Shown here: one piece after another, positions 13,997 to 27,348 of the stretch
Layout: each line of letters starts with the position of its first letter
How positions within the stretch are numbered: the stretch's first letter is position 1
The notes under the pieces: model-generated
The model's database searches: none
The model's input: the letters and a program-made list of their open reading frames with translations, nothing else
What the model was told of the DNA's origin: nothing
Made by a program: the position numbers and the translations under genes
Source of the DNA: Amoebophrya sp. A120
Lineage: Eukaryota > Protista > Dinoflagellata
Assembly: GCA_905178155.1 (NCBI GenBank)
Contig: CAJINV010000003.1
Coordinates: 11,458,733 to 11,522,732 of the forward strand
Length of the DNA stretch: 64,000 nucleotides
Reading direction: 5' to 3'

Positions 13997-14697
13997 CTGC
14001 GTCGTGTTGTACTTCTGCTTGCCCCCGTCGACACTGCTATCTCCTACGAGATGTGGGGCCGGCGTGGTCGGCTTTTTTCTGGTGTCCTCAGTCTTGTTGT
14101 CTCGCTTCTTGAGCTTCTTGGCTTTGCTTGTCTTCTTTCCATGCTGTTCCGCGAACTGTTGGTCCGGCGCAGACTCCGCTTCAGAGAAGTCTGGGAACCA
14201 GTTCGCGGTCGTCTGTCCTTCGGAAAAATCTGCGAAAAAATCTTCAGCTGGCGATTCCTTTTCGTTGTGATCCTCGGCAAAAAAATCCTCTACCTCGGCG
14301 TCGACATCCCCTTGGGGCGCGGCGCGGACGGGTCCCCTAAATCCTCAGCAAAAACGCCCACACTCAAAGGCCACGATGGCAGGCTTAAAGATGTTGCACA
14401 AGCCTACAAGATTGCTCGCTGTTGCACATAATAAGTAACTTCTGGTCTCGGTTGTAGTCGTGCCCAGCTGGTGCAGTCGCATCTTCACAAACCGAATTTC
14501 TATATGCTGATTCGAAAATACTTATTGACAATGTCCTCAGAAGATAGCATCCGAGAGGAGCGCTCCTCTTGGAGCTGCGAAACAGCATCGTCATCATGAA
14601 GTGGGCACTCACACCAGCGCCAGAGGCGCAGAATGACCGCCCCGGAGGGCGCGCCCGAGAAACAGTTTTGGCTTGGTCATGAAAATTTGCATGACAA

Positions 14698-17600
14698 CTA
14701 ATTTATGGGGTGAGCAGGGCGATTTTCCTCAAGATACTCTACCTCCGTTCTCTTCTTCCCTTGTACTACGATCGGCAAACCAATCTTCTTCCTCCTCAGA
14801 TTCGCGAGGCCCCCATGCGGCACCAAAAAACTCTGGCTCCTCGGGCACCGCAGATGCGGCCTGGCGGATCTCAGCGTCATTCTTTCCCGTTGTGCCCCCA
14901 CTTCTTCTTGTTGCCTCTCTGACAGAGTCGCGCAACCTTTGTTCACCATCTTGTTCCGGGGTAAGTAGATTTGATGCGTTTTGGGCTGCATGGCCATCTT
15001 TCGACTTTTCGGACAAGAGCGCCTCCTCGTGGAGGTAGGTAGTACCCGCTTGCCTACCCCCGGCGGCGTCCTCGGCAAACGTGACGCGCTCGCCGCGACG
15101 GCGCGCCCGCCAGTCGTTCCGCCTCCGTGCGTCGTCTTGCTGTGCCGCTGTGTGGTCCACACCAGCCTCGGCGACATTTATCCGCTGCGCGGTCTGCTTT
15201 TTCGCCGAAGTTAGGCCGCTTCCTTGTTCCACTGCTGCTCCTGCAGTCGTATCTCGCGGGGCCGCAGTGTCGCGCGTGCCCGTCGAAAGATCTTGACCGC
15301 GGCGATCCGCAGAAGTAGTTCGTTGCAGAACACAAGCAGGCACCCTGGCGCCGTAAAGCTTGGCCTCGCGCTGTAGGCGGAGTACGGTCGTTGCGGGAAG
15401 CGAAATATCCTGTGTAAAAGCGGGGCCCACGCTCCATATTTGTCACGCAGCACATCTAAGCATGTCTGAGATGTTACTCATGCGCGCTGCGGCTGCCCTA
15501 TGAGAGGCATAATTTTCCGCGTTTTTTTAATAGAATTCGTCGGGCTATAATCAGGATGCGATATTCCACTTGCGACGCAACGGCACTACTTAGCGAGCCC
15601 AAGAAACTTGTGATGCAGAACAACTACCAAACCTTGTTGATTCATGTACTTTCCATCTTGACTATGAGAGGGTGGGAACGTGCTTGCTGAGGGTACGGAA
15701 ACTATCCCAGAGAAAAACAAAAAACTGGCAGGAACCCCCCCCATATCATCTGATGTAATGCAAAAACAAAGAAATAGGCACAAAGAGAACCTCTCATGAG
15801 CACCAGGTCATAGCATGGCGTTTCGACGGCTATGCAAAACTTTAACTTTTTGTGTAAAATATCTTTGAGTTGTAAATAAGTATCCCTGCGAGCTTTCTTT
15901 CCCTGGGATAAAAGCGCGGTGCGTTCCGCCTCCGGAACATGATCTTGGAACTGCTCACGCGTTATCACAAAGAAAAGCTCATTCACATCCTCCTAGTACC
16001 AGAATGCGAAGAAGATTGCGTCACCAAAATGGCGCCAGCACAAACAACTATGGAGACGGCTCTTGTCATACAAAGCACAACGTGTATTATTAATGCGCGA
16101 AACCCAACATCACAAACCCAACATCACCAGAAGGGTGCTGGACGAAAAGAAGCTGCCGCGCTTGTCTTTCATTTTGTGATGCTCAAAAAACGAGTTCTTT
16201 TCCCAACATACATGGAGGTACATGGGAGGTGCTGCGTCCTTTTCTCTAGAATAGGCACCCCCGTCTGCAAGAAGTTCAAGAAGGCCGCGGTGCCGACCCG
16301 TTCCCGTGGGTCAACGGCAAACAGAGCGTGCACGGCGACTTCCAGTGGGTCGGAAACTTCCCCGCTCGGCGTGCGGTACTATCCTGTGCAAAAGTATCGT
16401 AGTCGTACTAATTGCAATCATGCATGTTTCTTAGCAAAATCAGCATTACAAATTCCATTTTTCCTTCTGGAAAAATTTGTAATGCGAGTTATACTAGTAC
16501 GATAGTTTTGCAATGCATAGGTACTTGGCGCCCACAATAGCGAGTGAGCTCTGGTCCTGGAACGGGTGAAACCCAAAGCACAGCATAAACAGAACGCAGC
16601 CCAGATCCCACAGATCCACCTGCGTGGAGATGGGCCAGCCCCGGTGTAGATCGATCAACTCCGGTGGCTATCAAATGCAAAAATGTCTGGGTCTGGAAGA
16701 GTGCGCGATTTGTCATGCAGCTTTTCCATGACCCATGAGGTCTGGAATGCAGGACCTAGCATGACAGATTCCGCGCGATCTCTCTCATGCCTATCCTGCA
16801 TGAGACACTCCCTCGCGACTTGGTCAAAACTGGACGACTTTTGGTAATCTATCACGCAACACAGATTTTTGCATGCTTCAGATTTAGCATGACAAGTTGC
16901 ATTCTCCCAGACCCAAACATTTTTACATTTGATAGTGGCCGGTAGCTCAGCGTGGTCGTGCGAGCGATTTCGTCTTCGAGCTGAGCCAGCCGCTGCTTGC
17001 TCAGCGTGGTACCCGGATCCGCGATTTCTTCGTCTGACCAAGAGCCGAAGTCGCAGAGTTTCAGCACCATTGTATCAAGAGCAAAATAAATCCCCCCAGA
17101 CTCAAAAGCGTGCCTGCTCAGGTGCGTCGCTGACTTCGCGTCGGCAAATGCCTTCGTTTTGCATCATGGGAACGCGGATACTTTACTCGTTCGCTTTGCG
17201 GTCTTTCTCCTTTTCGCAATGCTCAGCGATGGCAAGACCAAAATAGAAGATACAGTCCTGCTGCATACCTCTGAGGGCCTACTAGAGTCATATATCTATA
17301 TGCCTGCAATCCCCTCTTCCAGCAAAAGATTTTCCAGTCGCAAATCCAGCATCAGAGGACCGACACCTAGCTTTGAGTATGCAGGAACGAGACGTGGGAT
17401 TTTACAATGCAATACACGCCCCCAAAAAATGTGTATCACGATGAGGACAGACCCTCCTTTACAGTCGTCTCGCAGCACCGGCTTTCTTGCTAGAACAAAA
17501 TCTACTCCGAATTGCAAAACAGAAACGCCAGGGCGCTGTGTCGCACTCCAGTCTCGGCAATTTGTGTTTGCACTCCAGTCTCGGCAGTAAGTAGCTCCCA

Positions 17601-19289
17601 CAGAAGACTACCACTGTCCGTCGCATCCATCACAAACTACAATCCACTTGATACCCGTCAAGCAAAACTCTTCATTGTGTCTACGAATAAATACCGCAGG
17701 ATTGCTGGCTTTTGAGTTGTATGGGTGGGGCATCTTCATCGTTTGATAACGCCGCTTGGGTGGCTGCTGAGGGTGCAGCCGAGGCCACAAGCACATTCTC
17801 GATTTTCAAATCGCGATGCTGGATTTTCAAACTATGCAAGTGCGATTGTCCTAAGGAAATTTGTCCCCATCCCACATTTCGCCGCGCACTCCGGATGTTT
17901 CCCCTGCACAGCCGCAAGAACATTAGAGGCGTTTTCTAGCAGTCGCGCTTTGGAATTTGCCACGCTAAACCGACCGAAGCCACAAACTCAAACGCGCTTT
18001 GCAGGTCCTGTCATGCTATCATCATGAAAACAAAGGGAACAAAGGCATTCGATGACAAACAACGACTTCCACACTGCGAGCCCAGACTTGTCGTGCGCAG
18101 CTACAACGACCAAGGCTTTTTCTTTGTGGTGTGTACCGCTCTCCACAGATCTTTTCTCATTTCTTCAGATCTTTTCCCTGGGGAGTGCCCGTCGTAATTA
18201 TGGGGCAAAGACGTGTTGCGAGAGATACGGATAGGGCCCGGGTCAGCTGCAAGGCACAGCCCCACACGTGCGGCTCGGTCATGCGGCCTCGCGGGTACTT
18301 TTCCAGCAAACCAAGCAAGTGCCCATCACTGCAAATTCCACGGAAAAGCACAGTCACGCCGCCTTCGAAAATATCTGCGCTGAAGCTCTCTGAATACGAG
18401 CGGCTTCTGTCTGTTCCGCAGCGCAGATCTTCCTCTTATTGGAGTTTCTCGGCTTCTTTTACGACGCTACGTTCATCTCCATTTTGCGTGTACGACCCGC
18501 GGCCCTTTCGCGCATGATATATCGCTAATTTTTTGTGCCGCAAAACTACCAAACCAAGCGCATGCGCTTGAAAGAACGAGAAGAAGACCTCTCAAGATTT
18601 CCTCCGGCATGGACCTACTTTTCTTTTGGATACTGCAAAACTCCAGCAAAAAGCATGCGTTTCCAGTCGTCGACCCTATCGAATGAAAATATGCCTGGGT
18701 CTTCTGAATGTGTCTGTCGTCCGCGACGTGAATATGCCTGGGTCACGTCACGTGTCTGTCGTCCCGCGACGTGATAGGTCTCGGATTGGTCGCGGACCGC
18801 TCTGCCACTGCAGGTTTTGACAAGGTCTCTCAACATCCCATAGCTCTCACGACAAAGTCCGAGTCCCTCTTTCGGTGAAAATAAATGGGTGGCCGAGTTC
18901 TGCTGCCTATGCATGGCCAGGCAAAATGTACAGAACAAGCTTGTGCATTTCAGAGCCGAGGCATATTTGCAGACGATACGCTCCCGTGCGAAGCCAAAAA
19001 AGCGAACAAAATTCTGCATCACCTCCGAGCCCGTCCCCGGCGGAATACTAGGTGCTCCACGTGTGCTTCTGTTCGCTGCTGCCTCAAGTGCCAGAAGCTT
19101 TTCCGTGAAAAACTGGTGCTCCTTTGCGACGACAGATTTCTGCTCTTCGGTCTCGCAGGCCATCTCCTTGAGCGCGAACTGCTCGCGCGTGCCGCTGTCT
19201 TGCACCACGTGCACAAACGCGAAGCCGCCTTCGGAGAGTTTTCGGACGCGGCTCAGCCGCCGGTGCCCGATTACCAGCACGGAGGACAT
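14698..19289 (-). CDS. NAK-family (AAK1/GAK/Ark1-like) Ser/Thr protein kinase, multi-exon; 3' end uncertain
   Basis: LSEGGFAFV...FALK (ORF 18615-19298), HRDLKIENVL (~17800), LKLCDFGS (~17050). After introner removal: TTLSYRPPELIDL...DLWDLGCVLFMLCFGFHPF...AIVGAKY...DPRER. Confidence 0.85.
15406..15558. mobile_element. Degenerate introner-like element
   Basis: Left end TATCCTGTGTAAAAG resembles family B; weak inverted partner ...ATAATCAGGATG; near-TSD CGAAA/CGATA. Frame restoration not demonstrated. Confidence 0.4.
15703..15910. mobile_element. Degenerate introner-like element
   Basis: TIR TATCCCAGAGAAA / TTTCCCTGGGATA; degenerate TSD GAAAC/AAAGC. Confidence 0.5.
16380..16519. mobile_element. 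Introner family B (140 bp) in the kinase
   Basis: TIR TATCCTGTGCAAAAGTATCGTA / TACGATAGTTTTGCAATGCATA; TSD GGTAC; removal gives AIVGAKY-RTPSG. Homologous, in inverted orientation, to 25190-25339. Confidence 0.9.
16669..16934. mobile_element. Introner family A (266 bp) in the kinase activation segment
   Basis: TIR TATCAAATGCAAAAATGTCTGGGTCTGG / CCAGACCCAAACATTTTTACATTTGATA; TSD GTGGC; removal restores YRPPE. Confidence 0.95.
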
Positions 19290-21678
19290 CGCTTGCAAGT
19301 AGACGCAAAAGTAAACGATATTCTAGGGCCACTTAATTGATCTTCCCTCGACCCAATTGCATTCCTCTGCGGCAGAAACACCGAACCTCGCTTGTACTTC
19401 TTGGCATGCCGCCAGAGATGAAGCCACCCGCGAACATACTCTAGCCCATTATGCGCACTCAGTCCCAACTGAGCCTCGCGGTGCCGTGACATCTTGTTTA
19501 CTTTCGCTCGCATACCTTCACGTCGCACCAGGCCGGTCTATGAACACAGAAACAACCAGTCCAGTTGTACGAGAACCTTTTTCTCGTGCAATGTCTTGTA
19601 CCATTTTCGCACAATTATAGCTCTATTCGGATTCGATGGATTACTCCGTGCCATGGTACTGACACCAGTGCGTCTGCACCAAATAGCAAAGTTTCTTTCA
19701 AGTGACTTTCTAAAGAAAAGCAGCGTCCGCTCCTCGCAAAGGGTAAAAAGCGAGCTCGCACAGGAGAGCAGTGCGAGGGGAGCCTATGCCTTTTTTTGAG
19801 TACCAGAACCAGTCCCTCGGAGCAGTGCTTTAGAAGAAAATGAAAATAATATGCAGCAAATATCATTCACACAACATTTTATAGGCTGAATCAATACAAG
19901 AAGGTGTCCACCATCTCCAACGGTCTCTGAATAAGCTTCATGTTTGGAAACACAAACATATTCGGATAAGCACAAGATAGCGTGGAAGTATACAGATCTC
20001 ACAGCCATTCCGGTGCTGCCCCTTACCGCTATTATGTCGGATTTCGGAGATGTCAACACTGCTACAGACTCGTTTGACTATGGAGGCGTTAGGTTGGAAA
20101 TCGTACACTGTGAAATTTTTATTTTGAGCTGCATAAAATGCGAGGCACCCAAGGCCTGTGTCACAATACAGGCGTGACAGATCAACAAGCTGCAAATCCG
20201 TCTAGGGCTTAAGACGCAGTGCCAGTGAAAGTCCTTTTTGCCCCAAATTAAGTGACGCCGTGGGTTTAGGTGTCCTCAAAATTTCGCATGCAAAATTGAT
20301 AGACTCGTGGTTCGCGGACTGATTTCACTTTTTTGCCCGACGAAGTATTTTCATTTTGAAAATTTCCAACCTGACGCTTCCATAAAAATCACAGTAGCGA
20401 TCATACATTCGGAAGGTGGCTATGGCAGCAAAAAACAAAACACCCAAAAGAAACAGAGAGCTTAAGTACGTCGTAGCTCGTACCGACAAATAATATCAAT
20501 ATAGAAAGTTCTATATCCCGCGCAATAAATCCTAAAAATGTCTGCGGTGGCTGCCCCGGGACTTGGCCGCACGGAAGAAAGCCGGGGGAGTACTAGACGA
20601 GTTTCACACTTCTCCGGATTAAGAAAGGGCATCAGGTAGATCGCACTTGCAGTCGCGACCATGATAATGTCCGCCACGCACGCGCGACCAAGCACAGGCA
20701 GTCTGGAGCGGTACCCAGCGGGTCTGCGCCGTGCAGAAGTTCAAGGGTACAGAGCTTCATCAACGTGAAGAGGTAGTATTAGTAGGCGCGGAGCAACAAT
20801 TTGCGCACTGATTTGATTTTTTTGTTGCAACCATAAAAAGAGTTTTCTCCTGCAAGAACATGTCGTACCAGGCTAGGACGGCAAAGCGTTGTATGTCTTT
20901 GCTCACATGCGGTAGGTATCAAAGTTCTAATCACGATGGTGCCACAGCTCAGAAGTAAAACATGCATCTTTGCGTGAAGGCTGCAAAAGCTTACCCATAC
21001 GACGCAACTATACTCATACGACGGAGTTAATTTACCTGGGCAGATATTAATATTTTCGTCGAAGTTACAAAATATCCGCCGTCTTCGTCGAAATTCTCGT
21101 GTGTTCGTCGTACCGTCGTACCGGCCTGACACCTGACAGTACTGGCCGAGAGTCGCTTCGCGCTTCTGATTCTGCATTGTGTTCTTGTTGGACCTTTTAA
21201 AAACAAAAAGCATCGCTCTTATTGTTAGAATTTTTCTGAGCACATCGATAAACGGAGAGCGGTCGAGTTCGCACCATCGTTTCATTCAAAATAGTTCAGA
21301 GCTTCTTACTGATTCATATCGGTAGATCGGTCAGGTTTCAGATTAAGTTGATTCGTTCTCTTTGGTGAACGGGATGGCAAAGACGACGAGACGACTAAGC
21401 TAAACGGTTAGGATCGTTACTGTGCTGAAGAGCAAGATCGATGGGACCACGTGGAGGAGCTGGAACACGCATGAAATGCTGTGTGCATAAAGCTCTAGTC
21501 AACACTTATATCGAGACATCATGCTCTTCCATCATTATACACCCATGCAGTCTGTGCATTTCTTGCGTTCACATACAATACATCAGTATGTGGATGGCCG
21601 AAGGGTTCGCTATATTCTCAAATAACCACACTCACACAGGAGAAGGTGTTCCTATCATCATCTGAAAGACCCACCATC

Positions 21679-24600
21679 TCAACTGACGTCCATCGGCGCG
21701 GGCCCATTGCCCATGACCGCCGAAGAGCTTGCAGCGCCGGCCCCGCCTCCGCTCACGCTGACCGACTGTCGGTTCGCGGTTTGCGTCGCCTGTAAAAACG
21801 CGGCTTCTCTTATCAAAAGGAAAAATCCCCCGTCCCCATATCGAAGAGGAAATCTGTGATGCTGGATCTGCGTACACAAATCAGCTTGGTCTTGCAGTAG
21901 AGAACTGCACGCAGATCGCAGGCCTAGGTAGGAGCCTTTTGGTGCAGGCGCCTAGCAACATGGTAGGCGGCCGCCCTGTAGAAGTCCTTACAGCGTTACA
22001 AATCGCCTGCATAACGCAGCGGAGAGCCTGCGCTTGGCTTCCTGCAAGACAGGCACGATTTGTGGTCTCAAATCTGCATCGCAAATTTTCAGACGGATGC
22101 GTTTTCAGTTTCACTATGGAGCGGGGGGATTTTCCCTTGCCATATCCCTTCTCGCGCCCTGGTTCTGCACTTCTATTCTCCGGGCCTTCTGCCTTGCCTG
22201 TAATCTTGCGATGTACTCTCTCTGCGTTTCTTCTTTCGTCGGCGTTTTCAAAACCTGCTTGATGGTTTCCTCGTCCAGCTTTTTCCTCTTCGCATTCTTC
22301 GGTGAATTATGCATTGCAAATATGTCTGGGTTTGGATGGATGCGAACTTGTGCTGCGCATTTCACAACGCCCACAAATCTTCTCATGCATTTGCATAGAC
22401 AGCAAACGATGGCCATTTCCTGTCCCCCCTAATGGGGGGATCTGTCATGCGGATTCGGCATTGCGAAAGCTTGTCGAAATCTATGATGCTAGGGCTTCCA
22501 TGATAGACCTTCTGTGTCATGCAAAAACAGCATGACAGACAAACTCGCGCACTCATCCAGACCCAGACATATTTGCATTTGATATGAATCCTCGGAGTCC
22601 GAATCCGGAACGTCTTCCTTTTTGATTTCCTGTTTTCGCCTTTTCGCCGCCAGGTTTTTTCTTCTCGTGACGTCTTCGCGGGACAACGCTTTGCCTTTCT
22701 TATTCGTTTTGGAGAGCCTCTGCTCCTCTTCCCGCAGGATTTTGTCTTTCGCGTCGAGTTCGGAAAGCGTTTTCACCAGGTCGTCCAGGTCTCGGGTCCA
22801 GATCTCTTCCGGCGCGGTCTTTTCGAGCGTGTTCACCTCGCGCTCTTTCTCTTCGAACTGCCCGCCTGTTGTGTTGGGAAATTAAGATGATGTACAGTAA
22901 CGAAGACTCTATATTCAAAATGAAAATTTAAACTGAGATACAAACTGCATGAAAAAAAATTCTGCATCTTCCCGCTTAACTCAAATACATGATGAAGATC
23001 ATATACATGCTTAACCACGACAAACAAGCCAAGCGCACACATCCACGGAGGTGGAGCCAAGCAAAGTTACTATGTATTAGTATTAGCGACCAAAATCTCA
23101 ACATCAAATAAATTCTTCAATACGCAGTTCCGCCGCCTTTTCCTGCGTAAGGCTCCAGAGCGTCATGCTGAGCAGGTACTCGTACCCCTGCCCGTGACCT
23201 CCGCCAGCAGCCGCACCAGCCGCCTGCCCCTCGTTCTCCTGCTCTTCTAACTGTTCCGCAACTCCGTGCGACGTGAATTCGTCGAAGTATTTTGCGTTGA
23301 TCGCCCGTTTGGTCAAAAAGCCCTTCTCGTGTAATTCCGCGAGAAGTTTATCCTTCTTTTTCTTCGCGACGATCAGGCTTCCCTCGATGACCATCTCGAT
23401 AAACCGCACTTTCTGTCGCAAAATCTCGCACTCGCGCCGTAATTTCACCAGCAAGTTCTTCTTCCTCTTGTGGTAATACTCCAATCGCACGGGGCAAAAC
23501 GCCTTCACGATGTCCAACGCCTCCTCGTACCGTTTGATATTCCCCTCGGGCGACCACAGCACCAGATTCTGGCAGGAAAGGCTGGTGGTTAACCGGAAGT
23601 AGTTCATCAATCCCTTGTCCTGCGCCTTTTCCAGTTGCGCTTCGTTCAATGTGATGACGAAGTGCACGGTCGATTCTGTGTGGTACTCCCGGAAGTCTTG
23701 GATCAGCGCCTTGCTCGCGTCGTCCTGCGCCGCCGGGAGCATCTTTTGCAGTTGCTCCTTGTAATCCTGCGTCCATTTTTTGATCGGCAGTTCCTTAATC
23801 GTCACCGTGTTCCCGCTGACCAAAATCGTGCCCTTTACCTCGTAGGCTTTCTTCTCCTCGGACATTTGGATCTCGCCCTTGAAATTCCGGTACCAGGGTT
23901 CGATGTTTTTCGGGAAGGGTTTTTTTGTCAAGTAGGCTTTCACGCAGTTGATCAGATCTCTTGGATTGTAGTTCGGCACGAAGGTTGACCACCCGGTACC
24001 AATCCCCTCGGCGCCGTTGCACAAAACCATGGGGATGATCGGATAGTAGTTTTTCGGCTCAATTTTCTGCCCATCGTCGTCCTGATACTCCAACAGCGCG
24101 TCGTCGTCTGGGTGGTAGATTTTCCGCGCCACCGGGTCGAGCCTCGTGAAGATGTAACGCGCACTCGCCGCGTCCTTCCCGCCTTGCAACCGTGTACCGA
24201 ACTGACCGGAGGGGACCAGCAAATTCACGTTATTGCTCCCGACGAAGTCCTGCGCCATGTTCACGATGGTACCCTGCAGGGAGACCTCGCCGTGGTGGTA
24301 GGCCGCGTGTTCCGAAACGTAACCGGACAATTGGGCGACTTTGACGTCCTTGGTTAACTTTCGCTTGAAGCAGGAGAAGAGAACTTTGCGCTGCGAGGGC
24401 TTCAACCCGTCCATCAAGTTCGGAATCATGCGGTAGATGTCGTACTTGCAGAACAGCACGTATTCCTTGTCGATGAAGTCTTTGTAGGAAACAGACGGCT
24501 GCGTGTGGTCGACGTACTCCCCCTCGACGTGCTGCATCATCCAGTCTTTTCGATCGTCCGCGCGCTTCTTGTTGAAGGCCAGGTCCAAAGCCTCCCCCGT

Positions 24601-27348
24601 GCCCTCGGACCAGTCGAAGGTCATGCCATGGTCCTCAATGTTGCGGAAGTACTCCTTTGCCTCTTTGGACGTGGACGTACCCAGACCCTTGTAGTACCTG
24701 ATAGATGATCATGTGTGAAACAAATATGCAATGCAAATTTACAGTACACTTTGACGTAGTACACAAAGCGTCACAAACTTTATTCCGAACTTCAATCATA
24801 ACTTTAACTACGCTTGTCATGCTGAAAGAAAAAGAATAGCATGGTACACGGTAGAAAACATGCGTCATGCAGAATAAGCAACATGAGAATTATCCCAAAA
24901 ATACTTCATGTTCCATCCCTTCCCGTTGTTGTTCAGTTGCTTCCACGCTTCGTACTCCCCCACGGTGAAAAAGCTCTTTTTCACTCCGCTTTTCTCCACC
25001 TTCACAATCGGCGTGATGAACTCCCGCACGAACCCGGGCAATTTGAGCAGGTTCGGAAACCAGTGCTCCAGTAAGTTGAGAAACAAGCCCTTGATGTGCG
25101 ACCCGTCGAAATCCTGATCCGCCATGATCATGATGGAGCCGTAGCGTAACCCCTTCGTGTCCGCCCGGTCGTTGTCCCGGATGTCCAGCTATGCATTGCA
25201 AAAGTATCGTACTAGTATAAATCGCAATACAAATTTTGGCAAGAAGAAAAGTGGAATTTGTAATGCTGTTTTACCTTAGGCAGGAGATTTGTCATGCATC
25301 TTTGCAATTAGTACGACTACGATACTTTTGCACAGGATACCAGCCCGATGATCTTCATCACGTTCTGGATCTATCCTGAGTAAAAACGTACCCACGCCAG
25401 AGCTGTAATTCAGATTTGCAAAGACAGGAAGACTTGTAATGCGCATCCCCATGAGAGCCATTTTCGATCGTGTTTTGGAATTTGTGATGCTGTGAACAGG
25501 ATGAGCAGATGAATCTGTGATGCGGCTGCACTTGCTAACCTGAACTACACTGCAGAGTGCAACTTGTCATGCGTGACTCACAAAGCCCCTAGGTTTGTGT
25601 TGCAAAATCCCCATCCGGACTCCGGTGTGGGTACGTTTTCACTCAGGATAGGATCTCCTCGTTCTTCATCACCGCCTGGTGCGTCGCTTCTCGCACGTTC
25701 AACGGTTTTCCCTTCAGCGGGAAGACCCCAAACTTGTCCCGGCCCACCACCGACAACCCGGCGACCGCGAGCGCTTTCGCGGAGTCTCCCTCGGTCAGGA
25801 TGAGCGTGCAGTCTTCCGAATCCTTCCCGCCCGCGTCGTTCGCGTCCTCCAACTTCGGAATGCCGACCAGCCTTTTCACGTTCTTCGCCTTCACCTGCCG
25901 GCCCAAATCGATCTTCTCCTTTGCCTTCGCCCACTGCATGATCAAGTCGCAGACCCCGGATTTCAGCACCAGGTCGTCGAATTTCTTCGAAATTTTACAC
26001 ACAGACCCGAACTTGGACTGGTTCGTTTTCATGGTCTCCTTCGTTTGCGAGTCGAACGCCGGGTTCTCGATCAGACTGTTCACAAAGACCATCAGATGGT
26101 TCCGGATGTGCGCGGGCTTGATGTCCATCCCGGACTTATTCTCCTTGTTCACCTTCTTACTGATCGTCTCCACCAGCTGGTCGGTTACATGCGCCACGTG
26201 CGTCCCGCCCTTCAGCGTGTTGATGGAATTGACAAACGACACTTGCTGAAACTGCCCGCTGTCGGAGATCGACATAGCGATTTCCCACCGCTCCCCGCAC
26301 TTCTCGTAGATCTTCACGGTTCCGCTCTCGTCGGAGGACGCGGCGGACGCGGCGTCGGCGCCGGGCAGATACAGGTCCACGTAGTCCTTGAAGCTTTTCA
26401 CCGGTATGGGCTCGTCGTTGTAATAAACCTTCACTTTTTCGTTCGTCGTGCCCGCAATGTCGTACACGCGCCGTTCGAACAGCGCCACGATGTCCTTGTC
26501 CAGCTTCTTCATCCCGAATTTCTGCAGGTCCGGGTAGAACGTGACGATCGTGTGCGAGGTTTTGCTCGGATGGGAATCCACCCCGATTTTCTGAATGTCC
26601 GGCTTGCCCTTCGTGTGCATGTTATCCAGAAATTCCTGGTAGTACAGCTTCTTCGTCTTCCAGTCGCAACACTCGATCGTGAACTTCGTGCTGAAAATGT
26701 TCGCGAGCTTCGCGCCGTACCCGTTCCTTCCGCCGACGACTTTCTTCTCGCTGTCGTCGTAGTTGTCGGAAGTGAGCAGGTGGCCGAACACCATCTCCGG
26801 GACGTAGACCTTGTGGGTTTGGTGCATTTGGACCGGGAGCGTCGCACCGTCGTTTTTTATCCGGATCATGTTCTGCTCGACGTCGACCCAAACCCGGACT
26901 TCCGACATGGATTTGTCCCGCTGAAAGTTATCCGCGGCATTCACCAATATCTCGTCGAATATCTTGTACAGCGCGGGCACGTACGAAATTTGCTTCTGCT
27001 CGAAAATCTGTAGTTGAGGATTTTTTCTTTTATTTGTTGTTCATATCTATATCATGTCATAGATTTTAGAATGTACTTGAAGTTGAACTACAACGTCGAG
27101 CACTTAAAAAATATCACGGCGAATCAACAGGAATAGCAGCGCGAAGGGATAGAGATTGTCGTGTCTCCATCGAAATAAGGTACTATCCATACTAGTACCC
27201 CCGTCGTTTTGTTTCTGACATGGATCTTCTCACTCGTGGCTTCCGTAGACCCGACGTAACTATCCGGACGAAGGAGGATGTGCTCCAGCTGCGTTTTCTT
27301 CTGGTAGCGCTCCTCGATCGTCTTTTCATCTCGCGACTTCGGCGGCAT
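21679..27348 (-). CDS. TOP2: DNA topoisomerase II (8 exons; possible N-terminal extension to 27822)
   Basis: QLEHILLRPDSYVGS, GGRNGYGAKL, TEGDSA, PLKGK, IMADQD, YYKGLGTS, DGLKPSQRK, AYHHGE, SARYIFT. GT-AG introns at 27008-27198, 24698-24904 and 22866-23123, plus four introners. Confidence 0.97.
21811..22144. mobile_element. Introner family D (334 bp) in the TOP2 C-terminal tail
   Basis: TIR TATCAAAAGGAAAAATCCCCCG / CGGGGGGATTTTCCCTTGCCATA; TSD TCTCT/TCCCT; removal joins GARR-EAAFL. Related to 51756-52100. Confidence 0.85.
22308..22584. mobile_element. Introner family A (277 bp) in TOP2
   Basis: TIR TATGCATTGCAAATATGTCTGGG / CCCAGACATATTTGCATTTGATA; TSD TGAAT; removal gives DSEDS-PKNAK. Confidence 0.92.
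25190..25339. mobile_element. Introner family B (150 bp) in the TOP2 TOPRIM domain
   Basis: TIR TATGCATTGCAAAAGTATCGTA / TACGATACTTTTGCACAGGATA; TSD CCAGC; removal gives KIIGL-DIRD...LRYG. Confidence 0.93.
25372..25650. mobile_element. Introner family C (279 bp) in the TOP2 TOPRIM domain
   Basis: TIR TATCCTGAGTAAAAACGTACCCAC / GTGGGTACGTTTTCACTCAGGATA; TSD GGATC; removal gives KNEEI-QNVMK. Inverted homologue of 43324-43602. Confidence 0.95.

Noticed and set aside
17537-18775. Short duplications (CACTCCAGTCTCGGCA x2; TGTCTGTCGTCC(C)GCGACGTGA x2)
   Set aside because: Local two-copy duplications in probable kinase introns, with no further structure seen.
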